Shown: in pieces, positions 1 through 14,351 of the stretch
Layout: the number at the start of each line of letters is the position of its first letter
Position numbering within the stretch: the stretch's first letter is position 1
Assembly: GCA_963837545.1 (NCBI GenBank)
Contig: CAWINQ010000001.1
Span: 1,176,546-1,240,545 of the forward strand
From: an uncultured Actinomycetota bacterium
Lineage (GTDB): Bacteria; Actinomycetota; Actinomycetes; Mycobacteriales; QHCD01
Length of the DNA: 64,000 nt
Reading direction: 5' to 3'
Notes under the pieces: model-generated
Databases searched by the model: none
What the model saw: only the letters and a program-made list of their open reading frames with translations
What the model was told of the DNA's origin: nothing
Program-made: the position numbers and the translations under genes

Positions 1-2
1 CC

Positions 3-512
3 AACTTCGACTGTGACGCGTTCTGGGTCGCCGACCGGGCGCCGTTGCTGGGGGCGCTGTCGATCCTCCCCGAGTTCCTGCGCAACGCGGCCACCGAGTC
101 CGGCGCGGTCGTGGACTACCGCGACTGGCAGGTGCAGCTCGGCAGGCGGTTCCGCGCGCTCAAGCTGTGGTCGGTCATCCGCTGGTACGGCGCCGAGGGG
201 CTGCGCGAGCACATCCGGGGCCATGTCGCGCTCGCCCAGGAGTTCGCCGGGTGGCTGCGGACGGACCCGCGGTTCGAGGTCGTCGCGCCGCACCCGCTGT
301 CGCTGGTCTGCTTCCGCCTGCGCGACGATGACGGGGACCGTGGTGACGCACGCACCACGACGCTGCAGGAGGCGCTCAACGCCTCCGGCGAGGTCTTTCT
401 CACGCACACGCGGGTGGCCGGTCGGGTCGCGCTGCGCCTGGCGATCGGCGGCACCCGCACGGAGCGCCGCCACGTCGAGGCGGCGTGGGACCTCATCTCC
501 CGCACCGCGTGA
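3..512 (+). CDS. Aromatic L-amino acid decarboxylase (group II PLP-dependent), 3' part; 5' end outside window
   Basis: Frame open from the window edge (NFDCDAFWV...); DYRDWQVQLGRRFRALKLW and LVCFRL motifs typical of the DOPA/tryptophan decarboxylase family. Confidence 0.9.
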   Translation, partial: NFDCDAFWVADRAPLLGALSILPEFLRNAATESGAVVDYRDWQVQLGRRFRALKLWSVIRWYGAEGLREHIRGHVALAQEFAGWLRTDPRFEVVAPHPLSLVCFRLRDDDGDRGDARTTTLQEALNASGEVFLTHTRVAGRVALRLAIGGTRTERRHVEAAWDLISRTA

Positions 513-549
513 CCCGACCCCGTTCCGATGCCCCCGCCTTCCACCCCCC

Positions 550-612
550 CATTCCGCTTGAACGTCACGTTCAAGCGCTCTAGCCGCATCAACGTCACGT
601 TGACGCGGAATG
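550..612. repeat. 63-bp double-hairpin (REP-doublet-like) element, copy 1
   Basis: Terminal inverted repeat CATTCCGC...GCGGAATG enclosing two palindromes (CGCTTGAACGT-C-ACGTTCAAGCG and TCAACGT-C-ACGTTGA); near-identical copy at 831-893. Confidence 0.9.
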
Positions 613-645
613 TCGCGCGGGATCGGGCCGGCGGGTGGGCGGCCG

Positions 646-722
646 CGGCGTACGCCGCGGGTGCGGCCGCCGTCGGCATACGCCGCGGGTGCGGCCGCCG
701 TCGGCGTACGCCGCGGGTGCGG
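646..722. repeat. 28-bp tandem repeat, about 2.7 copies
   Basis: Unit CGGCGTACGCCGCGGGTGCGGCCGCCGT at 646, 674 and 702 (partial); unit begins with the 12-bp palindrome CGGCGTACGCCG (one mismatch in unit 2). Confidence 0.9.
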
Positions 723-723
723 G

Positions 724-786
724 CCGACATCGTGCGTGCTACTCGCCGATTCGCGCCATGGATGCGAGTACGGCGCACGATGTCGG
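724..786. repeat. Long inverted repeat / stem-loop
   Basis: CCGACATCGTGCG (724-736) pairs with CGCACGATGTCGG (774-786); inner TACTCGC/GCGAGTA pairing. Confidence 0.85.
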
Positions 787-830
787 ACTGCCGGCGATCG
801 GCCGCCGCCCGGCCCGAGGTCGCGCGCCCT

Positions 831-893
831 CATTCCGCTTGAACGTCACGTTCACGCGGTCTAGCCGCATCAACGTCACGTTGACGCGGAATG
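831..893. repeat. 63-bp double-hairpin element, copy 2
   Basis: Direct repeat of 550-612 with 2 substitutions; terminal IR extends to CCTCATTCCGC/GCGGAATGAGG. Confidence 0.9.
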
Positions 894-942
894 AGGAGGG
901 CGGAACGTCGCGGGACGTGCGCTCGGGAGGTGGGGCCGGCGG

Positions 943-1866
943 TTACTTCGCCGTCGTGCGGAGCAGGCCTTCTTGGACCACCGAGACGACGTGCCGGCCG
1001 TCCCGGGTCCAGATCCGGCCGGTGGCCAGCCCGCGCCCGCCGCTGGCCGACGGGCTCTCCGATTCGTAGAGCAGCCATTCGTCCGCCCGGAACGACCGGT
1101 GGAACCACATCGCATGGTCGAGGCTGGCGCCGACGACCTCGTCGAGCCCCCACGCCAGCCCGTGCCGGACCAGGACGGAGTCGAGCAGCGTCAGGTCGCT
1201 GGCGAAGGTCATCGCGCACACGTGCAGCAGGGGGTCGTCGGGCAGTACGCCGGTGGCCCGCATCCACACCCGGCTCCGCGGCTCGCGCGGCCCGCCGGCA
1301 CGCTGCACCCATGGGGGGTCGTCGACGTACCGCAGGTCGAACGGGCGGGGCAGCCGGGCCCACTGCCCGAGTTCGTCGGCGAACGGCGCGACCCGCTCGG
1401 AGAGCGTCGGGAGCGACTCCGGCGGCGGGACCTGCGGCATCCCACCGAGGTGATCGAGCCCCTCCTCCGCCCGGTGGAACGACGCGGACAGGCTGAAGAT
1501 CGCCTTGCCGTGCTGGACGGCGACCACCCGGCGGGAGGTGAACGACCGGCCGTCCCGGATCCGGTCGACGGTGTAGACGATCGGCACCGTGGGGTCGCCG
1601 GGCCGCAGGAAGTAGGCGTGCAGGGAGTGCACGGAGCGCTCGGCCGGCACCGTCCGGCCGGCCGCCACCAACGCCTGGCCTGCGACCTGGCCGCCGAACA
1701 CCCGCTGCATCGACACCTTGGGGCTCACGCCGCGGAAGATGTCGACCTCGATGGTCTCCAGGTCGAGCAGCTCCACCAGCTGGTCGACCAGATGCTGGCC
1801 GGCGTCCGCCGGCCCGGACCCGGGCGGGTCGGACCCGGTTCGGGGGTCGGACTCGGGCGCACTCAC
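943..1866 (-). CDS. tesB: Acyl-CoA thioesterase II
   Basis: VFGGQVAGQAL, HSLHAYFLRPG, DGRSF, ASD, SLDHAMWFH and VVQEGL motifs. Confidence 0.95.
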   Translation of the reverse strand: MSAPESDPRTGSDPPGSGPADAGQHLVDQLVELLDLETIEVDIFRGVSPKVSMQRVFGGQVAGQALVAAGRTVPAERSVHSLHAYFLRPGDPTVPIVYTVDRIRDGRSFTSRRVVAVQHGKAIFSLSASFHRAEEGLDHLGGMPQVPPPESLPTLSERVAPFADELGQWARLPRPFDLRYVDDPPWVQRAGGPREPRSRVWMRATGVLPDDPLLHVCAMTFASDLTLLDSVLVRHGLAWGLDEVVGASLDHAMWFHRSFRADEWLLYESESPSASGGRGLATGRIWTRDGRHVVSVVQEGLLRTTAK

Positions 1867-2582
1867 CCGTCGACCCTATCGACCGGGGGCCGGCCGCCGA
1901 CCCGGCCGGCGCACCGGGCGCCTGCCTCGACCGCGGCGCGCGCGCACGAGCGGGACCCTTCGCCACGGAGCCAGTGCCACAGGTACGCCGCACAGAACGC
2001 GTCGCCGGCGCCGGTCGGGTCGATCGCCGCGGCCACCGGCGCGCCGACGGCGAACGGCTCGGCGTCCTGCTCGGCCACGACACACCCGGCCGGGCCCGCG
2101 GTCACGACGACGGTGCCGAAATGCGCGGTCAGGGCCCGGGCCGCGGCGGCCGGATCGTCCCGCCCGCTCAAGGTGCGGGCCTCGTCGAGGTTGGGAAAGC
2201 ACAGCCGGGCACCCGAGGTCGCGGCCAGGAAGGACTCCACCCCGACCGAGCGCAGCATCGACTCGGACGCCGGGTCGACCGACACGGCGCAGCCCCGCCG
2301 TACCAGCCGGTCCCGGACCGCCAGCACCGCGGAGCGCGCCGGCTCGGCGAAGACTGCGTAGGCGGACAGGTGCAGCAGGCCGACCCCGTCGAGGACGGAT
2401 TCCGGCAGGTCGGCCGGCCCGAGGTGGGCTAGCCACGCGGCCTGATTCGCCCCGGATCCCCCGGCCACCTGCAGAATGCGCGACACCGTGTCGCTGTCCG
2501 GGGCCACCGGCCCGAGCGGGCCCACGACGACATCGTTCATCACGTCGCCGATGACGACGACGACGTCGCCGGCCGGGGTCAC
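1863..2582 (-). CDS. PfkB/ribokinase-family kinase (probable pseudouridine kinase partner of psuG) with an apparent in-frame internal deletion
   Basis: GGSGANQA, NLDE and DPTGAGDAF motifs; GTGA overlap with the psuG stop; segment normally between ANxAxxLxxLG and the LLHLS strand is missing. Confidence 0.8.
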   Translation of the reverse strand: MTPAGDVVVVIGDVMNDVVVGPLGPVAPDSDTVSRILQVAGGSGANQAAWLAHLGPADLPESVLDGVGLLHLSAYAVFAEPARSAVLAVRDRLVRRGCAVSVDPASESMLRSVGVESFLAATSGARLCFPNLDEARTLSGRDDPAAAARALTAHFGTVVVTAGPAGCVVAEQDAEPFAVGAPVAAAIDPTGAGDAFCAAYLWHWLRGEGSRSCARAAVEAGARCAGRVGGRPPVDRVDG

Positions 2583-3532
2583 TGACGTGACCACGCGGCC
2601 GCGATCCCGGCGGCGACCCGCGTATTGCCCAGCGCCAGGGCGATGTTCGCCTCGAGGCTGGCTCCGTCGGTGGCGCGGTGCATGTGGTCGAGAAGGAACG
2701 GCGTGAGCGCCTTGCCCCGGATCCCGGCAGCCGCCGCGGCGGCCAGCCCGCCGGTGAGTGCGCGCTCGTGCAGCACCGGATCGATCTGCTCGCCGGCCGC
2801 GATGGGATTGGCGACCACCGTCGCACCGGAGAGGCCCAGCTCCTCGGCCGCCTGCAACACCCGGGCCACCTCGTCGGCCGACTCGACCCGCCAGTCGATC
2901 GGATAGCCGGAGTCGCGCAGATAAAAGCCCGGAAACCAGTCGGTGCGGTAGCCGACCACGGAGATCCCGAGGGTCTCGAGCCGCTCCAATGTCGCGGCCA
3001 CATGCAGGATCGACTTCACCCCGGACGCGACGACCGCGACGGGCGTCCGGGAAAGGGCGGTCAGGTCGGCCGACTCGTCGAAGCTGTCCGCGACGTCGCG
3101 GTGCACCCCGCCGAGACCACCGGTGGCGAAGACCCGGATGCCGGCCAGATGCGCGAGGTGGGCCGTCGCCGAGACGGTGGTCGCGCCGGTACGCCGCAAC
3201 GCCGCGGCCATGGGCAGATCGCGGATCGACAACTTCGCCACCTCGGTGCCGTCGACCAGCCGGTCGAGCGTCGACTCGCTGACACCGACCGTCGGTACGC
3301 CGTCGACCACCGCGATCAGGGCCGGGACGACTCCCGCGCCGACGAGCTCGCCGGCGAGCAGCCCGGCGACCTCGCGGTTACGCGGCCGCGGGAGCCCGTG
3401 CGCGATCATCGTCGACTCCAACGCCACGACCGGCCGGCCGTCGTCGAGCGCTCGGCGTACCTCGTCGGAGAGCGTGATCACCGACGGCTCCCTCCCGGCC
3501 GGGTGGCCCGCGGTACTGGACACTGGATCCAT
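2579..3532 (-). CDS. psuG: Pseudouridine-5'-phosphate glycosidase (start uncertain, could be GTG near 3481)
   Basis: VALESTMIAHGLP, GATTVSAT, FATGGLGGVHR, DESADL, GVKSIL and LTPFLL motifs. Confidence 0.93.
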   Translation of the reverse strand: MDPVSSTAGHPAGREPSVITLSDEVRRALDDGRPVVALESTMIAHGLPRPRNREVAGLLAGELVGAGVVPALIAVVDGVPTVGVSESTLDRLVDGTEVAKLSIRDLPMAAALRRTGATTVSATAHLAHLAGIRVFATGGLGGVHRDVADSFDESADLTALSRTPVAVVASGVKSILHVAATLERLETLGISVVGYRTDWFPGFYLRDSGYPIDWRVESADEVARVLQAAEELGLSGATVVANPIAAGEQIDPVLHERALTGGLAAAAAAGIRGKALTPFLLDHMHRATDGASLEANIALALGNTRVAAGIAAAWSRQ

Positions 3533-4259
3533 GCCGATCCGTATCGGCACCTCGGGCTGGCAGTATGCCGACTGGCGCGGGGTGCTCTACCCGCCCAAGC
3601 TGCCACAGCGACTCTGGCTGGAGGAGTACGCCGGGCACTTCGACACGGTCGAGCTGAACAATTCCTTCTACCGGCTGCCGTCCCACGAGGCGTTCGTGGC
3701 GTGGCGGAACCGGCTGCCGGAGGGGTTCCTGGTAGCGGTCAAGGCCAGCCGCTATCTCACTCACATCCGGCGGCTGCGCGACCCGGCCGAGCCGGTCGCC
3801 CGGCTGATGGCGGCGGCGACGGGGCTCGGCGACCGGCTCGGGCCCGTGCTGCTGCAGCTGCCGCCGACCCTGCAGGCGGACCCACCCCGCTTGGCCGACT
3901 GCCTGCGGCGCTTCCCGGCCGGCGTGCGCCTCGCGGTGGAGCCGCGGCACCCGTCGTGGTGGACCGAGGAGACCCGGCAGGTCCTGGTCGAATACGACGC
4001 GGCGTTGTGCTGGGCGGACCGGTTGGGTCGTCCGCTGACCCCGCTGTGGCGCACCGCGTCCTGGGGCTATCTGCGGTTCCACGAAGGACGGGCGCGGCCG
4101 CGGCCCGGCTACGGAGACCGGTCCCTGCGCAGCTGGGCGCACCGGGTCACGGCCGAGTTCGCGCCGGACGACGACGTCTTCGTCTACTTCAACAACGATC
4201 CGGGCGGTGCGGCAATTCGCGACGCGCGACGGTTCACCCGGATCAGCGCCGGCGGCTAG
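3531..4259 (+). CDS. DUF72 family protein
   Basis: IGTSGWQY, TVELNNSFYRLP, KASRYLTH, LLQLPP, EPRHPSW, YLRFH and YFNND motifs. Confidence 0.93.
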   Translation: MPIRIGTSGWQYADWRGVLYPPKLPQRLWLEEYAGHFDTVELNNSFYRLPSHEAFVAWRNRLPEGFLVAVKASRYLTHIRRLRDPAEPVARLMAAATGLGDRLGPVLLQLPPTLQADPPRLADCLRRFPAGVRLAVEPRHPSWWTEETRQVLVEYDAALCWADRLGRPLTPLWRTASWGYLRFHEGRARPRPGYGDRSLRSWAHRVTAEFAPDDDVFVYFNNDPGGAAIRDARRFTRISAGG

Positions 4260-4299
4260 GCCGCAATAGGTTGGTGGCTCGTCGACGACCGGGGAGGCC

Positions 4300-5043
4300 G
4301 TGGTGGGCTGGCTGGACGGCAAGGGCGCAGTGGTGACCGGCGGGTCGCGGGGAATCGGCCGGGCGATCGTCGAGCGGCTGGCGCGCGACGGCGCCACGGT
4401 CGTCTTCAATTACGCCCGCAGCGTCGGCGCGGCGGCCGACATCGAGTCGACCGTCCGGGACGCCGGCGGGCAGGCTTACGGGGTCCAGGTGGACCTGGCC
4501 CGCATCGGGGCGGTCGACGATCTGATGGCCGCGGCCGAGAAGCGTCTCGACGGTCTCGATGTGCTGGTGAACAACGCGGCGCTGGACGGCACCCCCCAGC
4601 CGATCGCCGAGACCGACGAAAAGGTCTGGGACGACTCCATGACGGTCAACGCCAAGTCGACGTTCCTGACCGTTCGGCACGCCGCGCGGGTCATGCGCGA
4701 TGGCGGGCGGATCATCAACATCTCGAGCCTCAACACCACCCGGCCGGCGCCGGGTGCCGCGCCGTACGCCGCCAGCAAAGGCGCCATCGAACAGCTGACC
4801 AAGGTCGCCGCGATGGAGCTCGGCAGCCGCGGCATCACGGCCAACGCGGTCTGTCCCGGGCCGACCGACACCGACCTCCTCCGGCACGCCAACCCCGAGG
4901 CCGCCATCGAGCGGATCGCGCAGATCACGCCGCTGGGTCGGCTCGGGCAGCCGGCAGACATCGCCGATGTCGTCGCCGTACTGGCGAGCCATGAAGGCCG
5001 CTGGCTCACCGGCCAGATCGTCAACGCCACCGGCGGCCTCTGA
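4300..5043 (+). CDS. Short-chain dehydrogenase/reductase (FabG-like SDR)
   Basis: TGGSRGIG, NNA, YAASK and PGPTDT motifs; GGAGG RBS upstream. Confidence 0.93.
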   Translation: MVGWLDGKGAVVTGGSRGIGRAIVERLARDGATVVFNYARSVGAAADIESTVRDAGGQAYGVQVDLARIGAVDDLMAAAEKRLDGLDVLVNNAALDGTPQPIAETDEKVWDDSMTVNAKSTFLTVRHAARVMRDGGRIINISSLNTTRPAPGAAPYAASKGAIEQLTKVAAMELGSRGITANAVCPGPTDTDLLRHANPEAAIERIAQITPLGRLGQPADIADVVAVLASHEGRWLTGQIVNATGGL

Positions 5044-5067
5044 CGGCGATACCAAGCCGGACGGTCG

Positions 5068-6327
5068 TCAACCGGCCGGCGCCGGCCGGCGGAGGTCGAT
5101 GCGCATGAGGGCGACCACCACGGTCGCCGCCATGACCGCAGCCATCATGACCAGGAAGCCGTAGCGCGCTCCGTACGCATCGATGACATGGCCGGTGAAC
5201 GCAGCGGCGACGGCCGTGCCGCCGGCACTGGCCGACGCCTGCCAGGCGAAGGCCTGCGTGAGCACCGATCGATCCACCAGCGCCTCGGTGAGAATCGCGG
5301 TCAGGATGAGCACCGGCGGGATCAGCAGCCCGGGCACCACGAGAGCCCCTGCCAGAGCGGCGACGTCGGTCACGACGAGCAGCGGTGCGCATCCGACGGT
5401 CAGCAGCAGCAGCGTGCGGGCGAGTTGGGTCGACGGCAGCGCCCGCCAATGCCGTAGCCCGTAGGCCAATCCGGCGGCGAGGCCGACACCGCTGCCGACG
5501 CTGAGGAGCGGCCCGGCGGCCTCAGGCACGGCATGGTCGATGGCGAACGCGGTCACCGAGACCTGTATCGCCCCGAAGAACACCCCGATACACACACTCA
5601 CGGCGACGAGAACGCCGAACCGCCGGTGCCGCAGCGTCGACGGTCCGGCCGATGTGCGCGAACGCTCCGCCGGCGGGGGCGCCGTGCGGCGCTGAACGGT
5701 GAGCGCGCAACCGCCGCAGATCACCAGGACCACCGCCAGGATCGGGCCCGCGACCGGGCTGATGGTGACGCTGACGAGCCCGACGAGCGTCGGCCCGACG
5801 AAGTAGGCGACGCCGTTGGTCAACGATTCCAGCGCGAACGCGCTGGACAGTGTGGTGGAACCGCCCAGCAACCAGGTCCACCGGGCTGAGGTCAGGGCGC
5901 CGAGTTGCGGAATCGACCCGCCGACGACGGCCCCGGTCATCGTGAGTGTCCACAGTGGACAGTGGTGGATGGCTAACGTCACCAGAACGGCGACCGAGAT
6001 GCCGCACAGCGTGAGCGGGAACGGCAGGATCCGCACCTGACCGTAGCGGTCGATCAGGCGGGCGACCTGCGGCCCGACCACCGCCTCCGCGGCAGCGAGA
6101 GCACCGGCGACGACGCCGGCCGCGCCGAAGGACCCGCTGCTCCAGTGGACCGTCCATACGACGCCGAGACTCATCATGGCGACGCCGACCCGGCCAGGTG
6201 CCGCACCGAGAAAGAACTTCGCGGCGCCGGGCGTCTGCAGGACGACGCGATACCGGTCGGGTCGGGGGCGCGATCGACGGCCGTGAACGGTAGCGGCGGA
6301 CGAACGTCGACCAAGGAGAGCCGGCAC
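5068..6327 (-). CDS. MFS transporter
   Basis: About 12 hydrophobic segments; motif A-like ARLIDRYGQ. Confidence 0.85.
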   Translation of the reverse strand: MPALLGRRSSAATVHGRRSRPRPDRYRVVLQTPGAAKFFLGAAPGRVGVAMMSLGVVWTVHWSSGSFGAAGVVAGALAAAEAVVGPQVARLIDRYGQVRILPFPLTLCGISVAVLVTLAIHHCPLWTLTMTGAVVGGSIPQLGALTSARWTWLLGGSTTLSSAFALESLTNGVAYFVGPTLVGLVSVTISPVAGPILAVVLVICGGCALTVQRRTAPPPAERSRTSAGPSTLRHRRFGVLVAVSVCIGVFFGAIQVSVTAFAIDHAVPEAAGPLLSVGSGVGLAAGLAYGLRHWRALPSTQLARTLLLLTVGCAPLLVVTDVAALAGALVVPGLLIPPVLILTAILTEALVDRSVLTQAFAWQASASAGGTAVAAAFTGHVIDAYGARYGFLVMMAAVMAATVVVALMRIDLRRPAPAG

Positions 6328-6523
6328 GGAAGAACCTTTCCGCTGCCGGCGGGTGGAGAAGACCAGGGGCAGGTCTAGGAAAACTCGATGGCGACCACAT
6401 TACGTGCCCCGGCGGAGTGCGATCAAGCCGGCCACCGAGTCGATACCTGCCCGGGCGGCTCTCCCGCGCACCGGCTGCTCGGGTTGTTCCGGCACTCGCC
6501 CGTCTCGGCTATTCTCGATCGAC

Positions 6524-7013
6524 GTGGTCTTGTTCCAGATGGACGGCCTTTCCGGAACGGGAAAGTCGACGCTGTCCGCGGACCTGACGAGGCGAGGTCA
6601 TCGCGCCGTCGACTCCGACGCGGCATTTGGTTACTTTGCCGATCCGGTGACCGGCGCGCCGATTGACGTCGGGCGCAGGCAGAACTGGATGTGGGACGGC
6701 CGAAGGCTACGAGCATTCGCCCGCATGTCTCATGGTGCTCGCGTGTTTCCGGTGCGGTGTGGCGATGAACCAGAATGAGTTACCGGACCTGTTCACGAAG
6801 CGATTCACGGTGTGCATCGACAACGACACCATGCGAGAGAGACCTCTCACCCGAACCACCAATGATTTCGGTAAGGATCCGGAAGACCTCGCCGAGCAGC
6901 TCGAGCTGAACACGCGGGCCGTGGAGGACGCGCGGCGCACCGGGTCGATCGTCATCGATGCGACCAGGCCCATCGATGAGGTCGCGGATCAGATTGTGCG
7001 GATGACACGCTGA
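6524..7013 (+). pseudogene. P-loop nucleoside/shikimate-kinase-like protein, frameshifted near 6748
   Basis: Walker A GLSGTGKST and DSD in one frame; C-half (CG.AMN...RTTNDFGK...IDATRPIDEV) continues in a different frame. Confidence 0.75.
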
Positions 7014-7096
7014 CGACACCGATCGGGGTGCCGGGTCGCGATCGATCCTGGCCTCTCGTGTCGCGATGCGCCCCCGGTTCTCTGACCGTGGTCGAG

Positions 7097-7105
7097 TTGT
7101 CCACA
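7097..7105 (+). promoter_or_regulatory. DnaA-box match
   Basis: TTGTCCACA matches the actinobacterial DnaA box; single copy. Confidence 0.4.
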
Positions 7106-7125
7106 GCGCCTGTCGGGTAGGGGTT

Positions 7126-7148
7126 TCGTCGGTGGCGGCGGCTAGTAT
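7126..7148 (+). promoter_or_regulatory. RecA-NDp (PafBC-dependent) type DNA-damage promoter
   Basis: tcGTCGGTG-N8-TAGTAT fits the mycobacterial tTGTCRgtg-N8-TAnnnT consensus; 6 nt to the ATG (leaderless). Confidence 0.65.
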
Positions 7149-7164
7149 TCGAACATGAGTTCGA
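7149..7164 (+). promoter_or_regulatory. LexA (SOS) box overlapping the start codon
   Basis: Perfect TCGAAC-ATGA-GTTCGA matches actinobacterial TCGAAC-N4-GTTCGA. Confidence 0.88.
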
Positions 7165-8342
7165 TGATGGTCGGGTCGGTGGTGACCGGCCTGGACGCGG
7201 CGATCGACGTGCTCGCCGACCGGCAGCTCGGCGACGTGCCGGGCGCGGCGTTGGGTGATCAGCTGGCCGAGTTGACCCGGGTCGCGGCCCGGCTCGACGC
7301 CGAGTGGCTGCGCCGGGTCGCCGAGTTCGACCGGCGCGGGGAGTGCGGCGCCGACGGGGCGGCGTCCACCCAGGCGTGGCTGCGGTGGCGGTGCCGGCTC
7401 GCCCCGCGCGACGCCGCGGCCCGGGTGGCGGTGGCCCGGGCGCTGGACCGGTCCCTGCCCGCGGTGGCGGCCGGCCTGGCCGACGGGCAGCTCAGCTACC
7501 GGCACGCCGCGGTGGCGGCCCGGGCGGTGCGGGACCTGCCCGCCGGAAAGGTGCCGGCCGCCGAGGCGATCCTGGCCCCGGCCGCCCGGGACCTGGACGC
7601 CGGCCGGTTCGCCGTCCTCGCGAACCGGCTGACCTACCTCCTCGACCCGGACGGTGCCGCCGCCGACGCGCAGGCCCGCTACGACCGGCGCTGGCTGTCG
7701 CTGTCCACCACCTTCGCCGGCATGGTCGCCATCGACGGGATGCTCGACCCCGAAGCCGGCGCCACCCTGATCGCCGCCGTCGACGCGCTGCGGGCCGCCG
7801 ACCGGCGACCCGAGGACACCCGCACCGCCGGCCAGGCCCGCGCCGACGCCCTCACCGACCTCGCCCGCCACACCCTCGACCACGGCGACCCGGGCGACCA
7901 CTCCGGGGAGAAACCGCACCTCACCGTCACCGTCGACCTCACCACCCTGCAACGCCACCCCGGCGCACCCGTCGCCGACCTGGCATGGACCGGGCCCATC
8001 CCCGCCGACACCGCCCGCCGCATCGCCTGCGACGCCGGCATCAGCCGCATCCTGATGGCCGGACCCAGCGTGATCCTCGACGTCGGCCGCACCACCCGCA
8101 CCATCAGCCCCGCACTACGCCGGGCCCTGGCCGCCCGCGACCACGGCTGCATCCACCCCGGCTGCGACCGACCACCACCCTGGACCGACGCCCACCACAT
8201 CACCCACTGGGCCGACGGCGGACCCACCAACCTCGACAACCTCGCCCTACTCTGCCGCCACCACCACCGACTCGTCCACGAAAACCACTGGACCATCACC
8301 CGCACCCCCGACGGCCGATACACCGTCCAACGCCCACCATGA
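7155..8342 (+). CDS. DUF222 + HNH endonuclease (13E12-repeat-family-like)
   Basis: RTAGQARADAL, ARRIACDA, LDVGR, RDHGCIHPGC...HHITHWADGGPTNLDNLALLCRHHHRLVH. Confidence 0.93.
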   Translation: MSSMMVGSVVTGLDAAIDVLADRQLGDVPGAALGDQLAELTRVAARLDAEWLRRVAEFDRRGECGADGAASTQAWLRWRCRLAPRDAAARVAVARALDRSLPAVAAGLADGQLSYRHAAVAARAVRDLPAGKVPAAEAILAPAARDLDAGRFAVLANRLTYLLDPDGAAADAQARYDRRWLSLSTTFAGMVAIDGMLDPEAGATLIAAVDALRAADRRPEDTRTAGQARADALTDLARHTLDHGDPGDHSGEKPHLTVTVDLTTLQRHPGAPVADLAWTGPIPADTARRIACDAGISRILMAGPSVILDVGRTTRTISPALRRALAARDHGCIHPGCDRPPPWTDAHHITHWADGGPTNLDNLALLCRHHHRLVHENHWTITRTPDGRYTVQRPP

Positions 8343-8362
8343 CCAGGTCGGGGCGATCGGGA

Positions 8363-14351
<5,989 letters not shown>

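Noticed and set aside
550-893. Possible CRISPR array
   Set aside because: Only two 63-bp repeats with a 218-bp spacer; the 28-bp units have no unique spacers; no cas genes in the window
7020-8361. 8-bp direct repeat CGATCGGG flanking the HNH gene as a target-site duplication
   Set aside because: A short GC-rich match is plausible by chance; no terminal IRs and no empty-site comparison available
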